Notes: generated by a model from the letters alone, not told the origin. DNA of 49,167 bases from an uncultured Actinomycetes bacterium (GCA_913057155.1 CAJXNV010000003.1:1-49167), one strand, 5' to 3'. Counted from the stretch's first letter, positions 9,510 to 20,862 are shown. Numbers and translations: made by a program.

Positions 9510-11421
9510 TCGGTGATGAGTCGCGCGCGGTGCGTTGCGCTGCAACCCACTCGACGATGTCGCGGGAGATGTGCTGCCCGGTGAGCCCGGCCTGTTGCAG
9601 GACGTCGGCGCGCTTGGCGTGATCGAGGAAACGGCGCGGGATGCCGAACGTGCGCACCGGGGTGTCCAGGCCCGCGTCCTGCAAGGCCAGTTGCACCGCT
9701 GAGCCGATGCCACCGGCACGTACTCCGTCCTCCACCACGACCACATGGCTCGCGTCGGCGGCCAACTCGATGACGGCCGCCGGGACCGGCAACACCCACC
9801 GTGGATCCAGCACGGTGGTGGCGATGCCTTGATCCCCCAGCCGCTCGGCGACCTCGAGGGCCATGCCGGCGAAGGATCCCACCGCGACGATCAGGACGTC
9901 GGGGGTCGGTCCGGCGTCCTTCAAGATGTCGACGCCACCGACCGACCGTTGCGCGGGGATGTCGACACCGAGGGCACCCTTGGGAAACCGCACGACGGTG
10001 GGCGCATCGTCCACGCAGACCGCCTCCTGCAATTCCTCGCGCAACGTCGTCTCATCCCGCGGGGCGGCCAGGCGAAGGCCGGGGACGACCCCGAGCATGG
10101 CCATGTCCCACATGCCGTTGTGGCTCGCACCGTCGTCTCCGGTCACACCGGCGCGATCGAGCACGAAGGTGACTCCGGCGCGGTGCAGTGCGCAGTCCAT
10201 CAGTACCTGATCGAAAGCCCGGTTCAAGAAGGTGGCGTAGACCGCGACCACCGGATGCATTCCGCCGTAGGCGAGTCCGGCCGCACTGGTCGCCGCGTGC
10301 TGCTCGGCGATACCGACATCGAAGGTGCGATCGGGGTAGCTGGCGGCGAAGCGTTCCAAGCCGGTGGGACCGAGCATGGCGGCGGTGATGGCGACGACGT
10401 CCTTGCGATCGTGGCCGATGCGAACCATCTCATCGGCGAACACCGAGGTCCAGGTGGGCCCGGACTTCGTCAAGGGCTTGCCCGTATCCGGGTCGATGAC
10501 CCCGACGCCGTGGAAACGGTCCGCTTCATCGGCTTCCGCAGGTGCATAGCCCTGCCCCTTGCGGGTGATGGTGTGCACGATGACCGGGTGATCGAAGTCG
10601 CGCGCCAACCGCAGTGCGAATTCCAGCTCCTGCTCATCGTGTCCATCCACCGGACCGATGTACTTCAGGCCCAGGTCCTCGAACATCCCCTGCGGCGCAA
10701 CGACATCCTTCAGGCCCTTCTTTACGCCATGCAGGGCGTCGTAGATCGGGGGACCAACGACGGGCGTGCGCTTCAAGACGCTCTTACCCCACGCCATGAA
10801 CCGCTCGTAGCCGCGGGTGGTGCGCAAGGTCGCGAGGTGATGGGCGACGCCACCGATGGTCGGTGAATAGGAACGCTCGTTGTCGTTGACGACGATCACT
10901 ACCGGTCGATCGCTTGCTGCGATGTTGTTCAGTGCCTCCCACGCCATACCGCCGGTGAGCGCGCCGTCGCCGATGACCGCGACGACATGCTGGCTGCCGA
11001 GCAGGCCGCGCTGCTCCCACGCCTTGGCTATTCCATCGGCGTAGGACAAGGCCGTGGAGGCGTGGGAGTTCTCCACGATGTCGTGGACGCTCTCGGCCCT
11101 GCTGGGGTATCCGGACAAGCCATCGCGTTGGCGGAGGGAATCGAAGTCCTCGACGCGGCCGGTCAGCATCTTGTGCACGTACGCCTGGTGCCCGGTGTCC
11201 CAGATGATCGCATCGCTTGGCGAGTCGAACACCCGGTGCAAGGCGATGGTGAGTTCGACGACCCCGAGGTTCGGGCCGAGGTGGCCACCGGTCGCCGAGA
11301 CCTTCTCCACGAGGAAGGCGCGGACCTCGGCGGCGAGTTCGTCGATGCGATCCGCCGGTAGCGCTTGCAGGTCACGCGGGGTGCTGATCGTGCCCAGCAC
11401 GGGGTAGTCGGAGGCGCTCAT
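9460..11421 (-). CDS. dxs: 1-deoxy-D-xylulose-5-phosphate synthase
   Basis: [49 protein letters not shown]. Confidence 0.97.
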   Translation of the reverse strand: MSASDYPVLGTISTPRDLQALPADRIDELAAEVRAFLVEKVSATGGHLGPNLGVVELTIALHRVFDSPSDAIIWDTGHQAYVHKMLTGRVEDFDSLRQRDGLSGYPSRAESVHDIVENSHASTALSYADGIAKAWEQRGLLGSQHVVAVIGDGALTGGMAWEALNNIAASDRPVVIVVNDNERSYSPTIGGVAHHLATLRTTRGYERFMAWGKSVLKRTPVVGPPIYDALHGVKKGLKDVVAPQGMFEDLGLKYIGPVDGHDEQELEFALRLARDFDHPVIVHTITRKGQGYAPAEADEADRFHGVGVIDPDTGKPLTKSGPTWTSVFADEMVRIGHDRKDVVAITAAMLGPTGLERFAASYPDRTFDVGIAEQHAATSAAGLAYGGMHPVVAVYATFLNRAFDQVLMDCALHRAGVTFVLDRAGVTGDDGASHNGMWDMAMLGVVPGLRLAAPRDETTLREELQEAVCVDDAPTVVRFPKGALGVDIPAQRSVGGVDILKDAGPTPDVLIVAVGSFAGMALEVAERLGDQGIATTVLDPRWVLPVPAAVIELAADASHVVVVEDGVRAGGIGSAVQLALQDAGLDTPVRTFGIPRRFLDHAKRADVLQQAGLTGQHISRDIVEWVAAQRTARDSSPITQAVKQPPVPGNVDS

Positions 11422-11464
11422 GGGGTGCCTAGTCTAGGGCGGGTGCGCGTTCTGGGCGCGCCAA

Positions 11465-14146
11465 CTACAGCAGCGAACGCAGCACGTAGGGCAGGATGCC
11501 GCCGTTGCGGTAGTAGTCCGCCTCTCCCGGCGTGTCGATCCGTACGGTCGCGGTGAATTCCACGATCCGGCCTCCCGGGCCGGCGGCCTCCACGGACACC
11601 TGGCGCGGCACGGCGCCCTCGTTCAGCGCCTCGATCCCCCGGATCGTGAACACCTCATCCCCCTCCAGCCCCAGGCTCGAAGCGCTGGCTCCGTCCGGGA
11701 ATTGCAGCGGAAGGACGCCCATACCGATCAAGTTGGAGCGGTGGATGCGCTCGTAGGACTCGGCGATGACGGCCCGCACTCCCAAAAGAGCGGTGCCCTT
11801 GGCAGCCCAGTCGCGACTCGAACCCGAGCCGTACTCCTTTCCGGCGATCACCACCAAGGGGATCCGGTGTTCGGCGTAGGACTCGGCGGCATCGAAGATC
11901 GAGACGACCCGATCCGCCCCGGAGTCGGGGTCCTTGGTGAAATCGACGGTGTACCCACCCTCGACGCCCTCGAGCATCAGGTTGCGCAACCTGATGTTGG
12001 CGAAGGTGCCGCGGATCATCACCTCGTGGTTGCCGCGGCGCGAACCGTATGAGTTGAAGTCCTTGCGGTCCACACCGTGCTCGGTCAGGTAGCGCCCCGC
12101 GGGGCTGTCGGCCTTGATGGATCCGGCCGGCGAGATGTGGTCGGTGGTGACGGAGTCGCCGAGCAGGGCGAGCACCCGGGCCCCGACGATGTCGCTGACC
12201 GGTTGCGGGTCTTGCTGCATTCCCTCGAAGTACGGAGGCTTGCGCACGTAGGTGCTGTGCGGATCCCACTCGAATACGTCGCCCTCGGGGGTGGCGAGCG
12301 CCTGCCAGCGCTCGTCCCCGGCGAATACGTCGGCGTAACGGCTGGTGAACATGTCGGTATCGATGGATGCGTCGATGACCTCCTGCACCTCATGCGCGCT
12401 CGGCCAGATGTCGGCCAGGAATACGGCCTCGCCGTTCGCGTCGGTTCCCAGCGGCTCCTCCAGCAAGTCGATGTCCATCGTCCCGGCGATGGCGTAGGCG
12501 ACTACGAGCGGCGGGGAGGCCAGGTAGTTCATCTTGACATCGGGGTTGATCCGACCTTCGAAGTTGCGGTTGCCGGACAGGACGGATGTGACGGCCAGGT
12601 CGTGTTCGTTCACAGCCGCGCTGACCTCGGGGATCAGCGGCCCGGAATTACCGATGCATGTCGTGCAGCCGTAGCCGACGATGTCGAAGCCCAACTTCTC
12701 CAAGTAGGGAAGCAGCCCGGATCTTTCGTAGTAATCGGTGACGACCCGCGATCCCGGAGCCAGGGTGGTCTTCACCCACGGCTTACGGGTCAGCCCGCGA
12801 TCCACGGCCTTCTTGGCGAGCAGTCCGGCACCGATCATGACCGATGGGTTCGAGGTGTTGGTGCACGAGGTGATGGCGGCGATCGTCACTGCCCCGTGTC
12901 CGATGCTCACCGGCTCACCGGCGATCTCGAAATCGGCCTGGGCACTGGGCGTAGCCGTGTAGTCGTTCAGCGCGGATTCGAAGGAAGCCCGCGCTTGCGA
13001 GACCAGGACCCGATCCTGCGGTCGCTTGGGGCCGGCCAGGCTCGGTTCGATCGTGGACAGGTCGAGCTCGAGCACCTCCGAGTAGCGCGGTTCACGTTCC
13101 GGGTCGTGCCACAAGCCCTGCTCTTTGGCATAGGTCTCGACGAGTGCGATCTGCTCGTCGCTGCGGCCGGTGAGGCGGAGGTAATCGCAGGTGGCCTCGT
13201 CGATCGGGAAGATGGCCACGGTGCTGCCGTACTCCGGGCTCATGTTCCCGATGGTGGCGCGGTTGGCCAACGGCACCGCGGAGACGCCGTCCCCGTAGAA
13301 CTCGACGAACTTGCCGACCACGCCGTGCCCTCGCAGCATCTCGGTGATCGTGAGCACCAAGTCGGTGGCCGTCGCAGCCTGTGGCAATTCGCCGGTCAAC
13401 TTGAAGCCGACCACCCGGGGGATCAGCATGGACACCGGCTGCCCGAGCATCGCGGCTTCCGCCTCGATGCCACCGACACCCCAGCCGAGGACGCCGAGGC
13501 CGTTGACCATGGTGGTGTGCGAGTCGGTACCGACCACGGTGTCCGGATACGCCTGGCCGCCGCGGGCCATGACCACGCGCGCGAGTGCCTCGATGTTCAC
13601 CTGGTGCACGATCCCGGTCCCCGGGGGCACCACCTTGAACTCGTCGAAGGCTCCTTGCCCCCAGCGCAGGAACTGGTACCGCTCGCGGTTTCGCTGGTAC
13701 TCGAGTTCGACGTTGCGCTCCTCGGCATCGGCCAAGCCGAAGAAGTCCGCGATGACCGAATGGTCGATGACCAACTCCGCGGGGGCCAGCGGCTCGATCT
13801 TCGCCGGATCGCCGCCGAGATCACGCACGGCTTCCCGCATGGTCGCTAGATCGACCACGACGGGTACACCGGTGAAGTCCTGCATGACCACGCGAGCGGG
13901 GGTGAACTGGATCTCGGTGGCGGGCTCGGCCTGCGCATCCCAGGCACCGAGGGCGGTTATGGCCTCCGCCGTGACGTTGGCACCGTCCTCGGTCCGCAGC
14001 AGGTTCTCCAGTAGCACCTTGTGGGTGAAGGGCAGGTCCTGCGCTCCCGGCACGGCGCCGATCCGGAATATCTCGTAGGTCCGCTCCCCCGCCGAACTGG
14101 TGACGGTCAGCTCTCCGCGCGCTCCGAAGCTGTCGTTACTACCCAC
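11465..14146 (-). CDS. acnA: aconitate hydratase A
   Basis: [57 protein letters not shown]. Confidence 0.98.
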   Translation of the reverse strand: MGSNDSFGARGELTVTSSAGERTYEIFRIGAVPGAQDLPFTHKVLLENLLRTEDGANVTAEAITALGAWDAQAEPATEIQFTPARVVMQDFTGVPVVVDLATMREAVRDLGGDPAKIEPLAPAELVIDHSVIADFFGLADAEERNVELEYQRNRERYQFLRWGQGAFDEFKVVPPGTGIVHQVNIEALARVVMARGGQAYPDTVVGTDSHTTMVNGLGVLGWGVGGIEAEAAMLGQPVSMLIPRVVGFKLTGELPQAATATDLVLTITEMLRGHGVVGKFVEFYGDGVSAVPLANRATIGNMSPEYGSTVAIFPIDEATCDYLRLTGRSDEQIALVETYAKEQGLWHDPEREPRYSEVLELDLSTIEPSLAGPKRPQDRVLVSQARASFESALNDYTATPSAQADFEIAGEPVSIGHGAVTIAAITSCTNTSNPSVMIGAGLLAKKAVDRGLTRKPWVKTTLAPGSRVVTDYYERSGLLPYLEKLGFDIVGYGCTTCIGNSGPLIPEVSAAVNEHDLAVTSVLSGNRNFEGRINPDVKMNYLASPPLVVAYAIAGTMDIDLLEEPLGTDANGEAVFLADIWPSAHEVQEVIDASIDTDMFTSRYADVFAGDERWQALATPEGDVFEWDPHSTYVRKPPYFEGMQQDPQPVSDIVGARVLALLGDSVTTDHISPAGSIKADSPAGRYLTEHGVDRKDFNSYGSRRGNHEVMIRGTFANIRLRNLMLEGVEGGYTVDFTKDPDSGADRVVSIFDAAESYAEHRIPLVVIAGKEYGSGSSRDWAAKGTALLGVRAVIAESYERIHRSNLIGMGVLPLQFPDGASASSLGLEGDEVFTIRGIEALNEGAVPRQVSVEAAGPGGRIVEFTATVRIDTPGEADYYRNGGILPYVLRSLL

Positions 14147-14161
14147 GGGGACCTCCCACTC

Positions 14162-14183
14162 GATATCTTGACGTCAAGATATC
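14162..14183. promoter_or_regulatory. perfect 22-bp palindrome, probable MarR/UrtR-type (TamR-like) operator of acnA
   Basis: GATATCTTGACGTCAAGATATC is its own reverse complement; 15 nt from the acnA GTG. Confidence 0.8.
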
Positions 14184-15517
14184 CGATCTTGCCGCTCGAA
14201 GGCGGCGACGGTCTCGAAGTGGTGGCTTTGCGCGAAGGCATCCCATGCGCGCAACCGGGTCAGCCGATACCCGTGGCGCTCGAGTCGGGCGGCATCGCGG
14301 CCCAGCGCCACCGGATCGCAGGCCACGTACACGATCACGGGCGCCTGCGTAGCCACGATGGCGTCGACGACTTCGGCGCCCGCGCCGCTGCGCGGGGGGT
14401 CGAGCACCACGCCGGACAGCCCATCGGGATAGTCATCGGCGCGCCCATCGGCATCCCGATCGGCGCCCCGCACCGATGCCCGTGCGAGCCATTCGCGCAC
14501 ATCGGCTTCGTGCAAACGCACCCACGGCATCGCGTGCAGCGCCCGCTTCGCCGCGCTCACCGCCGACGCCACCCCTTCCACCGCCTGCACCGAGCCGCGT
14601 GAATCGGTGCCGTCCGCAGCATCGGTATAACCCACCCGGGCACCCAGCGCGGCCGCCAGCGGGCCGACCCCGGCGTACAAGTCCCACCAGTGCTGCCCGG
14701 GCCGCACTCCCCCGAACTCCACGACCGCATCCATCAAGGCCGGCACCAAGCGCGGTTCGGCCTGCCAGAAGCCCTCCAAGGGAACCTGGAAGTCGATCGC
14801 GTGTCCTTCGACGTCGAGTCGGTGCCGTACGCGTGCGCCCTCGAGCGAATCGCCCACTTGCGCGCGCGCACCGTCATCGCCCTTGGCCACCACGATCACG
14901 TCTTCTTCACCTGCATCCCTTGCGCACCGCAGGGCTTCGGTGAGGACATCGCTATCGGCGATAGTGCAGTGATCGGCTGCCACCCGTCGCGAGCTGCGAT
15001 GCGCCCGCAGCGCAGGGACCATCTGCCCGTCCCCGCCACGCACCACACCGAAACGCATCCGAGAACGCCATCGGGTCTGTGGGCCCAGGGGCAGTACGCC
15101 CTCGGCGGTCAGTTCATCGACACGATCCTCAGGTAGCCGACCGTGTCGGGAAAGCGCCTCTCGCAGGACCGCGGTCTTCATGCGCAACTGCAGTGGATAC
15201 GACGCGTGCTGGAAGTCGCAGCCGCCGCATCCGAAGGCATGGAACGCCGGACACGGCGCCACCCGGCGCTCGGGATGCGGTGCTAGCACCTCGATCGTCT
15301 CGGCGAATGCATGGCTGGTCTTCACATCGGTGACCTCGGCGACGACCCGCTCGTCGGGCAAGGCCCCGCGCACGAACACCACGAAGCCGTCCTGGCGCGC
15401 GACCACGTAGCCACCGTGCGCAACATTGACGGTGTCCAATTCCAGACGGTCGCCCACGGCGGGCTTCGGACTCCCAGGCTTCGGACTCCCGGGCTGGGGG
15501 CTCACCTTGCTCGGCAC
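14174..15517 (-). CDS. TRAM-domain RNA m5U methyltransferase (RlmD/RumA/TrmA family)
   Basis: TRAM N-terminus, CPAFHAFGCGGC Fe-S motif, FWQ, DLYAGVG, LDPPRSG, YVACDP catalytic Cys. Confidence 0.93.
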   Translation of the reverse strand: MPSKVSPQPGSPKPGSPKPAVGDRLELDTVNVAHGGYVVARQDGFVVFVRGALPDERVVAEVTDVKTSHAFAETIEVLAPHPERRVAPCPAFHAFGCGGCDFQHASYPLQLRMKTAVLREALSRHGRLPEDRVDELTAEGVLPLGPQTRWRSRMRFGVVRGGDGQMVPALRAHRSSRRVAADHCTIADSDVLTEALRCARDAGEEDVIVVAKGDDGARAQVGDSLEGARVRHRLDVEGHAIDFQVPLEGFWQAEPRLVPALMDAVVEFGGVRPGQHWWDLYAGVGPLAAALGARVGYTDAADGTDSRGSVQAVEGVASAVSAAKRALHAMPWVRLHEADVREWLARASVRGADRDADGRADDYPDGLSGVVLDPPRSGAGAEVVDAIVATQAPVIVYVACDPVALGRDAARLERHGYRLTRLRAWDAFAQSHHFETVAAFERQDRIS

Positions 15518-15555
15518 CCCCGAACCCTAGGTGCCCGCGCGTGTAGCGTTGAGCC

Positions 15556-16218
15556 GTGCACGTTGTCATCCTCGGCTGTGGACGTGTCGGGTCGCTGTTG
15601 GCCGACGATCTCGATGCCCTCGGCCATTCGGTGGCGGTGGTCGACCAGGATGCCAAGTCCTTTCGCAAGCTCCGCCCCGATTTCAGCGGTATCACCGTCA
15701 AGGGCGTGGGCTTCGATCGCCAGACATTGGAGAACGCCGGCATCGAGCGGGCCCACGCTTTCACCGCGGTGAGCAGTGGTGACAACACCAACATCCTCGC
15801 CGCGCGCGTAGCTCGCGAGACCTACGGTGTCGAGAACGTGGTCGCGCGCATCTACGACCCGCGACGAGCCGAGGTCTATCAACGCCTCGGCATTCCCACC
15901 GTCGCGACCGTTTCATGGACCACGACCCAGATCATGCGGGCGCTACTGCCGCTGGGCGCCGATACCGAGTACACCGATCCGACCGGAACCATGGCGCTCG
16001 CCGAAGTGCATGTGGGTCCGCTCTGGCTCGGTAAGCGCAGCCGCGACCTCGCCGAGGCGACCGGCGCCCGTATCGCGTTCGTGACCCGTTACGGAGCCGC
16101 CTTCTTGCCGGACGAACGCACCGTGGTGCAAGACGGTGATCTGGTCCACTTGCTGTTCCCACCGGACCGACGCGATGAGATCGAGTTGATCTGCGAGAAG
16201 GGACCGGTTCGCTCATGA
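15556..16218 (+). CDS. trkA: TrkA-family potassium uptake NAD-binding protein (CeoB-like)
   Basis: ILGCGRVG, SSGDNTNI, ARIYDPRRAEVYQRLGIPTV. Confidence 0.93.
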   Translation: MHVVILGCGRVGSLLADDLDALGHSVAVVDQDAKSFRKLRPDFSGITVKGVGFDRQTLENAGIERAHAFTAVSSGDNTNILAARVARETYGVENVVARIYDPRRAEVYQRLGIPTVATVSWTTTQIMRALLPLGADTEYTDPTGTMALAEVHVGPLWLGKRSRDLAEATGARIAFVTRYGAAFLPDERTVVQDGDLVHLLFPPDRRDEIELICEKGPVRS

Positions 16219-16892
16219 TGCGGGTTGCCATCGCCGGGGCCGGCAAAGTCGGACGGGCCATCGCTCGCGAACTCGTCGGCAACGGCCACGAAGTCTTGAT
16301 CATCGACAAGGACGCCGAGTTGGCTCGACCCGGAGTCGTGACCGGCGCCCAAGTGCTGTTGGCCGATGCTTGCGAGGTCACCAGCCTCGATGAGGCACGC
16401 CTGGCCGAATGCCAGGTCGTCGTAGCCGCCACCGGTGACGACAAGGTCAACTTAGTCGTCTCGCTACTGGCCAAGACCGAGTTCGGCGTGCCCCGCGTCG
16501 TAGCTCGGGTGAACCATCCGAAGAACGAGTGGATGTTCGACGAATCCTGGGGGGTAGACGTGGCGGTCTCCACGCCGCGGATGCTGTCCGCGCTCGTGGA
16601 GGAGGCCGTGAGCGTCGGCGATCTCGTCCGACTGTTCACCTTCCGGCAGGGTGCTGCCGAACTCGTCGAGATGACCCTCGCCGCCGATTCCCCCGTGGTC
16701 GGCCGCGCGATCGCGGACATCCCGTGGCCGCAGGACACCGCTCCCGTCGCCGTGGTGCGCGGTGCGAACGTGTCGCTTCCGGCGAACGCGGAGACACTCG
16801 AGGCCGGCGATGAGTTGCTCTTCGTCGTCGCACCGGCGCAAGAGCCCGCGCTGCAAGCCTTGATGTGCAGCGAGCCGGTGGAGCAGGGCTAG
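16215..16892 (+). CDS. trkA: TrkA-family potassium uptake protein (CeoC-like)
   Basis: IAGAGKVG, ATGDDKVNLVVSLLAKTEFGV, NEWMFDESWGVDVAVSTP. Confidence 0.93.
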   Translation: MMRVAIAGAGKVGRAIARELVGNGHEVLIIDKDAELARPGVVTGAQVLLADACEVTSLDEARLAECQVVVAATGDDKVNLVVSLLAKTEFGVPRVVARVNHPKNEWMFDESWGVDVAVSTPRMLSALVEEAVSVGDLVRLFTFRQGAAELVEMTLAADSPVVGRAIADIPWPQDTAPVAVVRGANVSLPANAETLEAGDELLFVVAPAQEPALQALMCSEPVEQG

Positions 16893-17644
16893 TAGTCGGA
16901 GTCGGTGTCGGAACCGCCGGCTTCGTGGGCTGCGCGTCGTTCCCGGTAGACCGGTGCGAGCACCCGATAGGTGAAGTAGGCACCGGCGAGGAACAGCGGC
17001 CAACCCATGATGACCCGCGCGACCCCGAGTGCTTCGATCGCGCCGGCCAGGTACAGCGGAGCCTGCACGCTGAGTCGAAGGAAGAACACGCCCACCCAGA
17101 TCCACGACGCGGCCGCGTAGGTGCGGCGTAGACGCTGATCCTTGCGCCAAGCGGTTCCGTCTCCGGTCAGGTAGCCCATGGCGATGCCGAGGGCGGGCCA
17201 GCCGACGAGGATCGAGACGATGAAGGCGGTCCCGTACGCCACGTTCGTCAACAGGCCCGGTAGGAAGAAGTCCTCGGCGTTTCCGGTCCATGCGGAGAAA
17301 GCGGCGGCGATCGCCAACCCGAAGAAACCGGTGAATATCTGCTGCAGCGATTGGCGCCGGAAGAGTCGCCACACCACCAAGACGGCGCCCGTAGCCAGTG
17401 CCGCAACCAGCGCCGGCGTCAAGACGCGTCCACCCAACGCGAAGACGGTGATGAACACCACGGTCGGCGCGCCGGTGTCGATCATGCCCTTCCATCCACC
17501 GATGGCGCGCTCGAGGATCAGCCCTTCCGCGCGGATGTCCGCGACCGATTGACCGTCCGGCGGCGGATCGGCAGCCGGATCATCGACAGGACTCGGTTCG
17601 TCGTGTACGCCCGGCTCATCGCCGGAAGTGGTGTCCGCCATCAA
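16889..17644 (-). CDS. DUF3159 membrane protein
   Basis: GGWKGMIDTGAP, AEDFFLPG, multiple TMs; conserved position next to ceoC. Confidence 0.88.
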   Translation of the reverse strand: MMADTTSGDEPGVHDEPSPVDDPAADPPPDGQSVADIRAEGLILERAIGGWKGMIDTGAPTVVFITVFALGGRVLTPALVAALATGAVLVVWRLFRRQSLQQIFTGFFGLAIAAAFSAWTGNAEDFFLPGLLTNVAYGTAFIVSILVGWPALGIAMGYLTGDGTAWRKDQRLRRTYAAASWIWVGVFFLRLSVQAPLYLAGAIEALGVARVIMGWPLFLAGAYFTYRVLAPVYRERRAAHEAGGSDTDSDY

Positions 17645-17645
17645 G

Positions 17646-18023
17646 TCATTCCGGCAGTAGTTCGTAGCGCGGGTTGTAGATGGTCGGATGGTCGGTTACG
17701 CAGTTCAAGCGACCGTGCACGACCAGGCGCCTACCTTCGTGGATTCCCGGGATCCGGCGTCGTCCCAACCACACGACGAACACGCGTCCGGAACCATCGT
17801 TGATGCTCACTTCGAGTGCCGGTGCGCTGCCTTCGGGGCGAACGACCACATGGGAGATGGTTCCGGCGATCGTGACCTGTTGACCGGGACAACACGCCTG
17901 GATGGGCGTCAGCGGTTCACCGGGATGCCGGCGCTCGTGGTCGATGCGCGATTCCCGCAGCGCTCGTTCCGATTCCGATTCCGTCAAGCGCCGCAGTGTG
18001 CGGGTGATCACCGATGCGTTCAT
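17646..18023 (-). CDS. OB-fold nucleic-acid-binding protein
   Basis: DGSG..VVWLGRRRIPGI..G, IYNPRYEL. Confidence 0.88.
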   Translation of the reverse strand: MNASVITRTLRRLTESESERALRESRIDHERRHPGEPLTPIQACCPGQQVTIAGTISHVVVRPEGSAPALEVSINDGSGRVFVVWLGRRRIPGIHEGRRLVVHGRLNCVTDHPTIYNPRYELLPE

Positions 18024-18031
18024 CGCCAGCC

Positions 18032-18850
18032 CTACCGCGTCTCGGTGATCTCCGGCCCGCGGACCGGCAAGGTGAGGCTCGGCCGCGCCGGGGCGCTGGA
18101 ATCGGATGCGTCCGCCGAGGCTGATTCGTCCACGGCGGACCCTGACTCCGACTCTGACTCTGACTCTGACTCTGACTCTGGATTCTGCGGTACCCGCAAA
18201 GCGATCGAGTTGCCCATGGGCATGGCTTCATCGCCACGGACCACCACCATGCCCCGAACGATGTCATCGAGCACGCCCGCCGCCTGCACGTCCCGAGCCG
18301 CTTTACCCAAGAAGACGAGTCGGACGAACCACCGGGGTCCGTCGATCCCGCAGAACCGCGCCGGCTGGGCCTTGCCCTCGGCTCCGGCAACCTGCGCGCG
18401 TACTTCGGTGCCGTAAGGGCCTTCGACCTGTTCGACGAGGCCACCGGAGGAGTTGATCGAGGACACGATCTGCTGGCGGATCTCATCCCACATACCGGCC
18501 TTGCGCGGTGCCGCATACGGCTGGATCTGCACCGCGGACCCTTCGGAGAGCACGGACAGTTGGCTCACCGCACCGCTGGACGGGTCGGCTTGCACCTGGA
18601 TGCGAACCTGCTGGCTTTGCGGCAGCAACAGACCACCGAGATCGACCCGTGGGACATCCGGGTAATCCTCGTCGGCGTCCCAGGGTCCGTTCGAACGATC
18701 CGATGAACCGTCGCTCGAACCCCCGATCGAACCTTCGCCCGAACCCTGCTCGTCGACTCGATCGGCCGCGTCATCCGCAACGGCGGCGTCGGCTGCATCT
18801 TCGGCCTCTTGCGAAGCGCGCTCGCCCTTCGACCGTCCGAACAAACCCAC
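18032..18850 (-). CDS. DUF3710 family protein
   Basis: GPWD, DLGGLL, YAAPRKAGMWDEIR, GIDGPRWFVR, VVVRGDEAMP. Confidence 0.9.
   Translation of the reverse strand: MGLFGRSKGERASQEAEDAADAAVADDAADRVDEQGSGEGSIGGSSDGSSDRSNGPWDADEDYPDVPRVDLGGLLLPQSQQVRIQVQADPSSGAVSQLSVLSEGSAVQIQPYAAPRKAGMWDEIRQQIVSSINSSGGLVEQVEGPYGTEVRAQVAGAEGKAQPARFCGIDGPRWFVRLVFLGKAARDVQAAGVLDDIVRGMVVVRGDEAMPMGNSIALRVPQNPESESESESESESGSAVDESASADASDSSAPARPSLTLPVRGPEITETR
18144..18180. repeat. hexanucleotide microsatellite (GACTCT)5 encoding an (ES)n tract
   Basis: Five perfect GACTCT copies at 18150-18179, preceded by GACTCC. Confidence 0.9.
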
Positions 18851-18882
18851 GCTGGACTCCTTCTTCGCCCGTTCGACTTAGC

Positions 18883-18903
18883 CGGGTACCACCACGGTAC
18901 CCG
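18883..18903. other. 8-bp perfect stem-loop between dut and DUF3710
   Basis: CGGGTACC-accac-GGTACCCG; no U-tract. Confidence 0.5.
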
Positions 18904-18916
18904 CCCGACCGAATGC

Positions 18917-19396
18917 TCAGTGCGTGCCGGTGGATCCGAACCCGCCGCCGCCTCGATCGGAACCGGGCAGCGTGTCGACCTCCACCAGATCCAAGGCACA
19001 CACCTCTTGTACGAGCAGTTGGGCGATCCGTTGACCACGACTGATCCGCACGACCGATTCGGTGTCGGTGTTGATACCGATGACCGCGATCTCCCCCCGA
19101 TAACCGGCATCGATAGTGCCGGGTGCATTGAGCAGGGTGAAACCCTCTCGGGCGGCGAGCCCGCTACGCGGGTGAACGAGGCCGACGTAGCCAGGTGGCA
19201 ATGCGATCGCGACCCCCGTAGCGATCAGCGCCCGCTGCCCCGGCTCGAGGTCCACGTCCGAACGTGACCGCAAGTCCCAGCCGGCATCGCCGGGGTGTTC
19301 GCGCTGCGGGGCAGGCAGGTCCGGGTCCAGTCGAGTCCACAGCACCTGCACGGGACGTCCGGCTCCCCCAGCCTGTCCGAGGCGACTCGATGTCAC
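18917..19396 (-). CDS. dut: dUTP diphosphatase
   Basis: [41 protein letters not shown]; GTG 19396 overlaps the upstream TGA. Confidence 0.96.
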   Translation of the reverse strand: MTSSRLGQAGGAGRPVQVLWTRLDPDLPAPQREHPGDAGWDLRSRSDVDLEPGQRALIATGVAIALPPGYVGLVHPRSGLAAREGFTLLNAPGTIDAGYRGEIAVIGINTDTESVVRISRGQRIAQLLVQEVCALDLVEVDTLPGSDRGGGGFGSTGTH

Positions 19397-19983
19397 GGAT
19401 TCACCTGGACGTCCGTCTGGGTGACCCCCGGTCCGCGCACACCACCGCGCTGGCCGCGTTCGCGTGCCGCCTGCTCGACCTGTTCGGCGTTCCCGTTGTC
19501 GAGGAAGTGTTCGAGCGGTACCTGCACGAAGACCGCACGCGCCGTAACGGCCGGCTTCGCGTCCAACGACGCGACAGCGGACATGAACACCCGACGTCCT
19601 TTCACACCGTCGACCATCGCCCGCATCTCCAGACGGGATCCAACGGGTACGGGCCGACGGAAATCGCATTCCAGGTGCGCGGTGACGGCTGGCTTCGCCA
19701 GTAGCCAGTTCAGCGAGCCCAGCACTTCGTCCATGGCCGTGGTCAGCAAACCACCATGGGCCAACCCCGGTGCTCCTTGGTGCAGGTCGGTGACGACGAA
19801 CGTGCCGTAGGTATCCATGCCCTCGCCTGCGAACAGTTGCATGTGCAATCCGCTGGGATGGTCATCACCGCATCCGTAGCACCAGCGGTAGTGACTGGGA
19901 ATCACTTCCCCGGGTGCCGGCGCGTGTGGCGCGCGGGCCGGCATGGTCGCGTCGTCGGGCACCTGCGGATCGTTGCTGGGCAT
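19393..19983 (-). CDS. PaaI-family hotdog thioesterase
   Basis: [23 protein letters not shown]; ATG 19983 follows a TATCGT hexamer. Confidence 0.9.
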   Translation of the reverse strand: MPSNDPQVPDDATMPARAPHAPAPGEVIPSHYRWCYGCGDDHPSGLHMQLFAGEGMDTYGTFVVTDLHQGAPGLAHGGLLTTAMDEVLGSLNWLLAKPAVTAHLECDFRRPVPVGSRLEMRAMVDGVKGRRVFMSAVASLDAKPAVTARAVFVQVPLEHFLDNGNAEQVEQAARERGQRGGVRGPGVTQTDVQVNP

Positions 19984-20019
19984 TGCGGGGACGATACCGC
20001 CACCGACCACAATGCCGGT

Positions 20020-20508
20020 ATGTCCAGCGATCGCGATGTGCGCTACCGGGAACGACTCCTGCCCGGACCCCTGTGGTGGCTGGTGGTCGCAGCGCTCGTG
20101 GCGATGGTGGCGATCGCCTACGGTGCCGCGCTGGGCACCGGCATCGGTGTCATCACCGCCGTCGCACTCGGTGCCATCGCCGTAGCCGGTCTGTGGTTCG
20201 GCTCACCGACGGTCACCGTCGATGATCGGGGTCTGCAATGCGGTCGCGCCCGGCTACCGAGATCGGCGATCGGCGATTCCTTCGCCCTCACCGGCGACGA
20301 ACTCCGCGCGGCCCGTCGCGGCCACCGTTCCGAACTACCGGCATCCACCTATCCGGTGTTGCCCGTGTGGTCACCGCAATCGGCACTCGCGATCGACGTC
20401 ACCGACCCGGTGGACCCGCACCCCGCCTGGCTCGTGGGCACCCGACGTCCCCGTGAATTCGATGCGGCGATCAGTGAGCTGCGGGATACATCGGCGGGGG
20501 CGGGCTGA
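20020..20508 (+). CDS. DUF3093 membrane protein
   Basis: YRERL..P.WW, 2 TMs, GRARLP, DPVDPHPAWLVGTRRP. Confidence 0.88.
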   Translation: MSSDRDVRYRERLLPGPLWWLVVAALVAMVAIAYGAALGTGIGVITAVALGAIAVAGLWFGSPTVTVDDRGLQCGRARLPRSAIGDSFALTGDELRAARRGHRSELPASTYPVLPVWSPQSALAIDVTDPVDPHPAWLVGTRRPREFDAAISELRDTSAGAG

Positions 20509-20539
20509 CAGCCGCGGCCGAATGCGACAGAGTGTGACC

Positions 20540-20827
20540 ATGAGCGATCCCAGTGATGCAAACGAGGCAGCCGCACAGACCTCCGGTTCCGGTAAGGCGC
20601 CGATGGCGGCGCTGGTCGCCCCCGCTTTGGCGTTCGGAGCCAACATCGTGGCCGGCAAGGCGCTGGCATCGGCCCATCGCGCCATCGTGGGCAGGGATGC
20701 ACCTTCGACCAAGGACACCCAGGCGCCGCTCGGTTCGGTCATCGCCTGGGCGGCGGTGAGCGCGGCCGCCGCGGCCGTCATCCAGGTTGCGGTGTTCCGG
20801 GCGGTCGCCCGGGTACTCGACGAGTAA
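20540..20827 (+). CDS. DUF4235-like small protein
   Basis: GRDAP...LGSVIAWAAVSAA pattern; conserved neighbourhood. Confidence 0.65.
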   Translation: MSDPSDANEAAAQTSGSGKAPMAALVAPALAFGANIVAGKALASAHRAIVGRDAPSTKDTQAPLGSVIAWAAVSAAAAAVIQVAVFRAVARVLDE

Positions 20828-20862
20828 CCCGCTCCACGCTAGGCGGAGGGCCAGGCGCAGGT

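Noticed and set aside
12077-13849. Long antisense ORFs (590 aa opposite acnA; also 7335-8807, 29480-30796, 34955-36454, 47424-48956)
   Set aside because: Shadow frames expected from high GC3 codon bias; no recognisable motifs, and they lie opposite well-supported genes
18909-18920. Identical TGAGCATTCGG at the stops of dut and parE (about 34557-34567)
   Set aside because: An 11-12 nt match that includes the stop codon is plausible by chance in 49 kb, and the flanks differ
18917-19669. 250-aa extended dUTPase
   Set aside because: The extension overlaps the PaaI gene; the GTGA-coupled start at 19396 gives a normal-length enzyme
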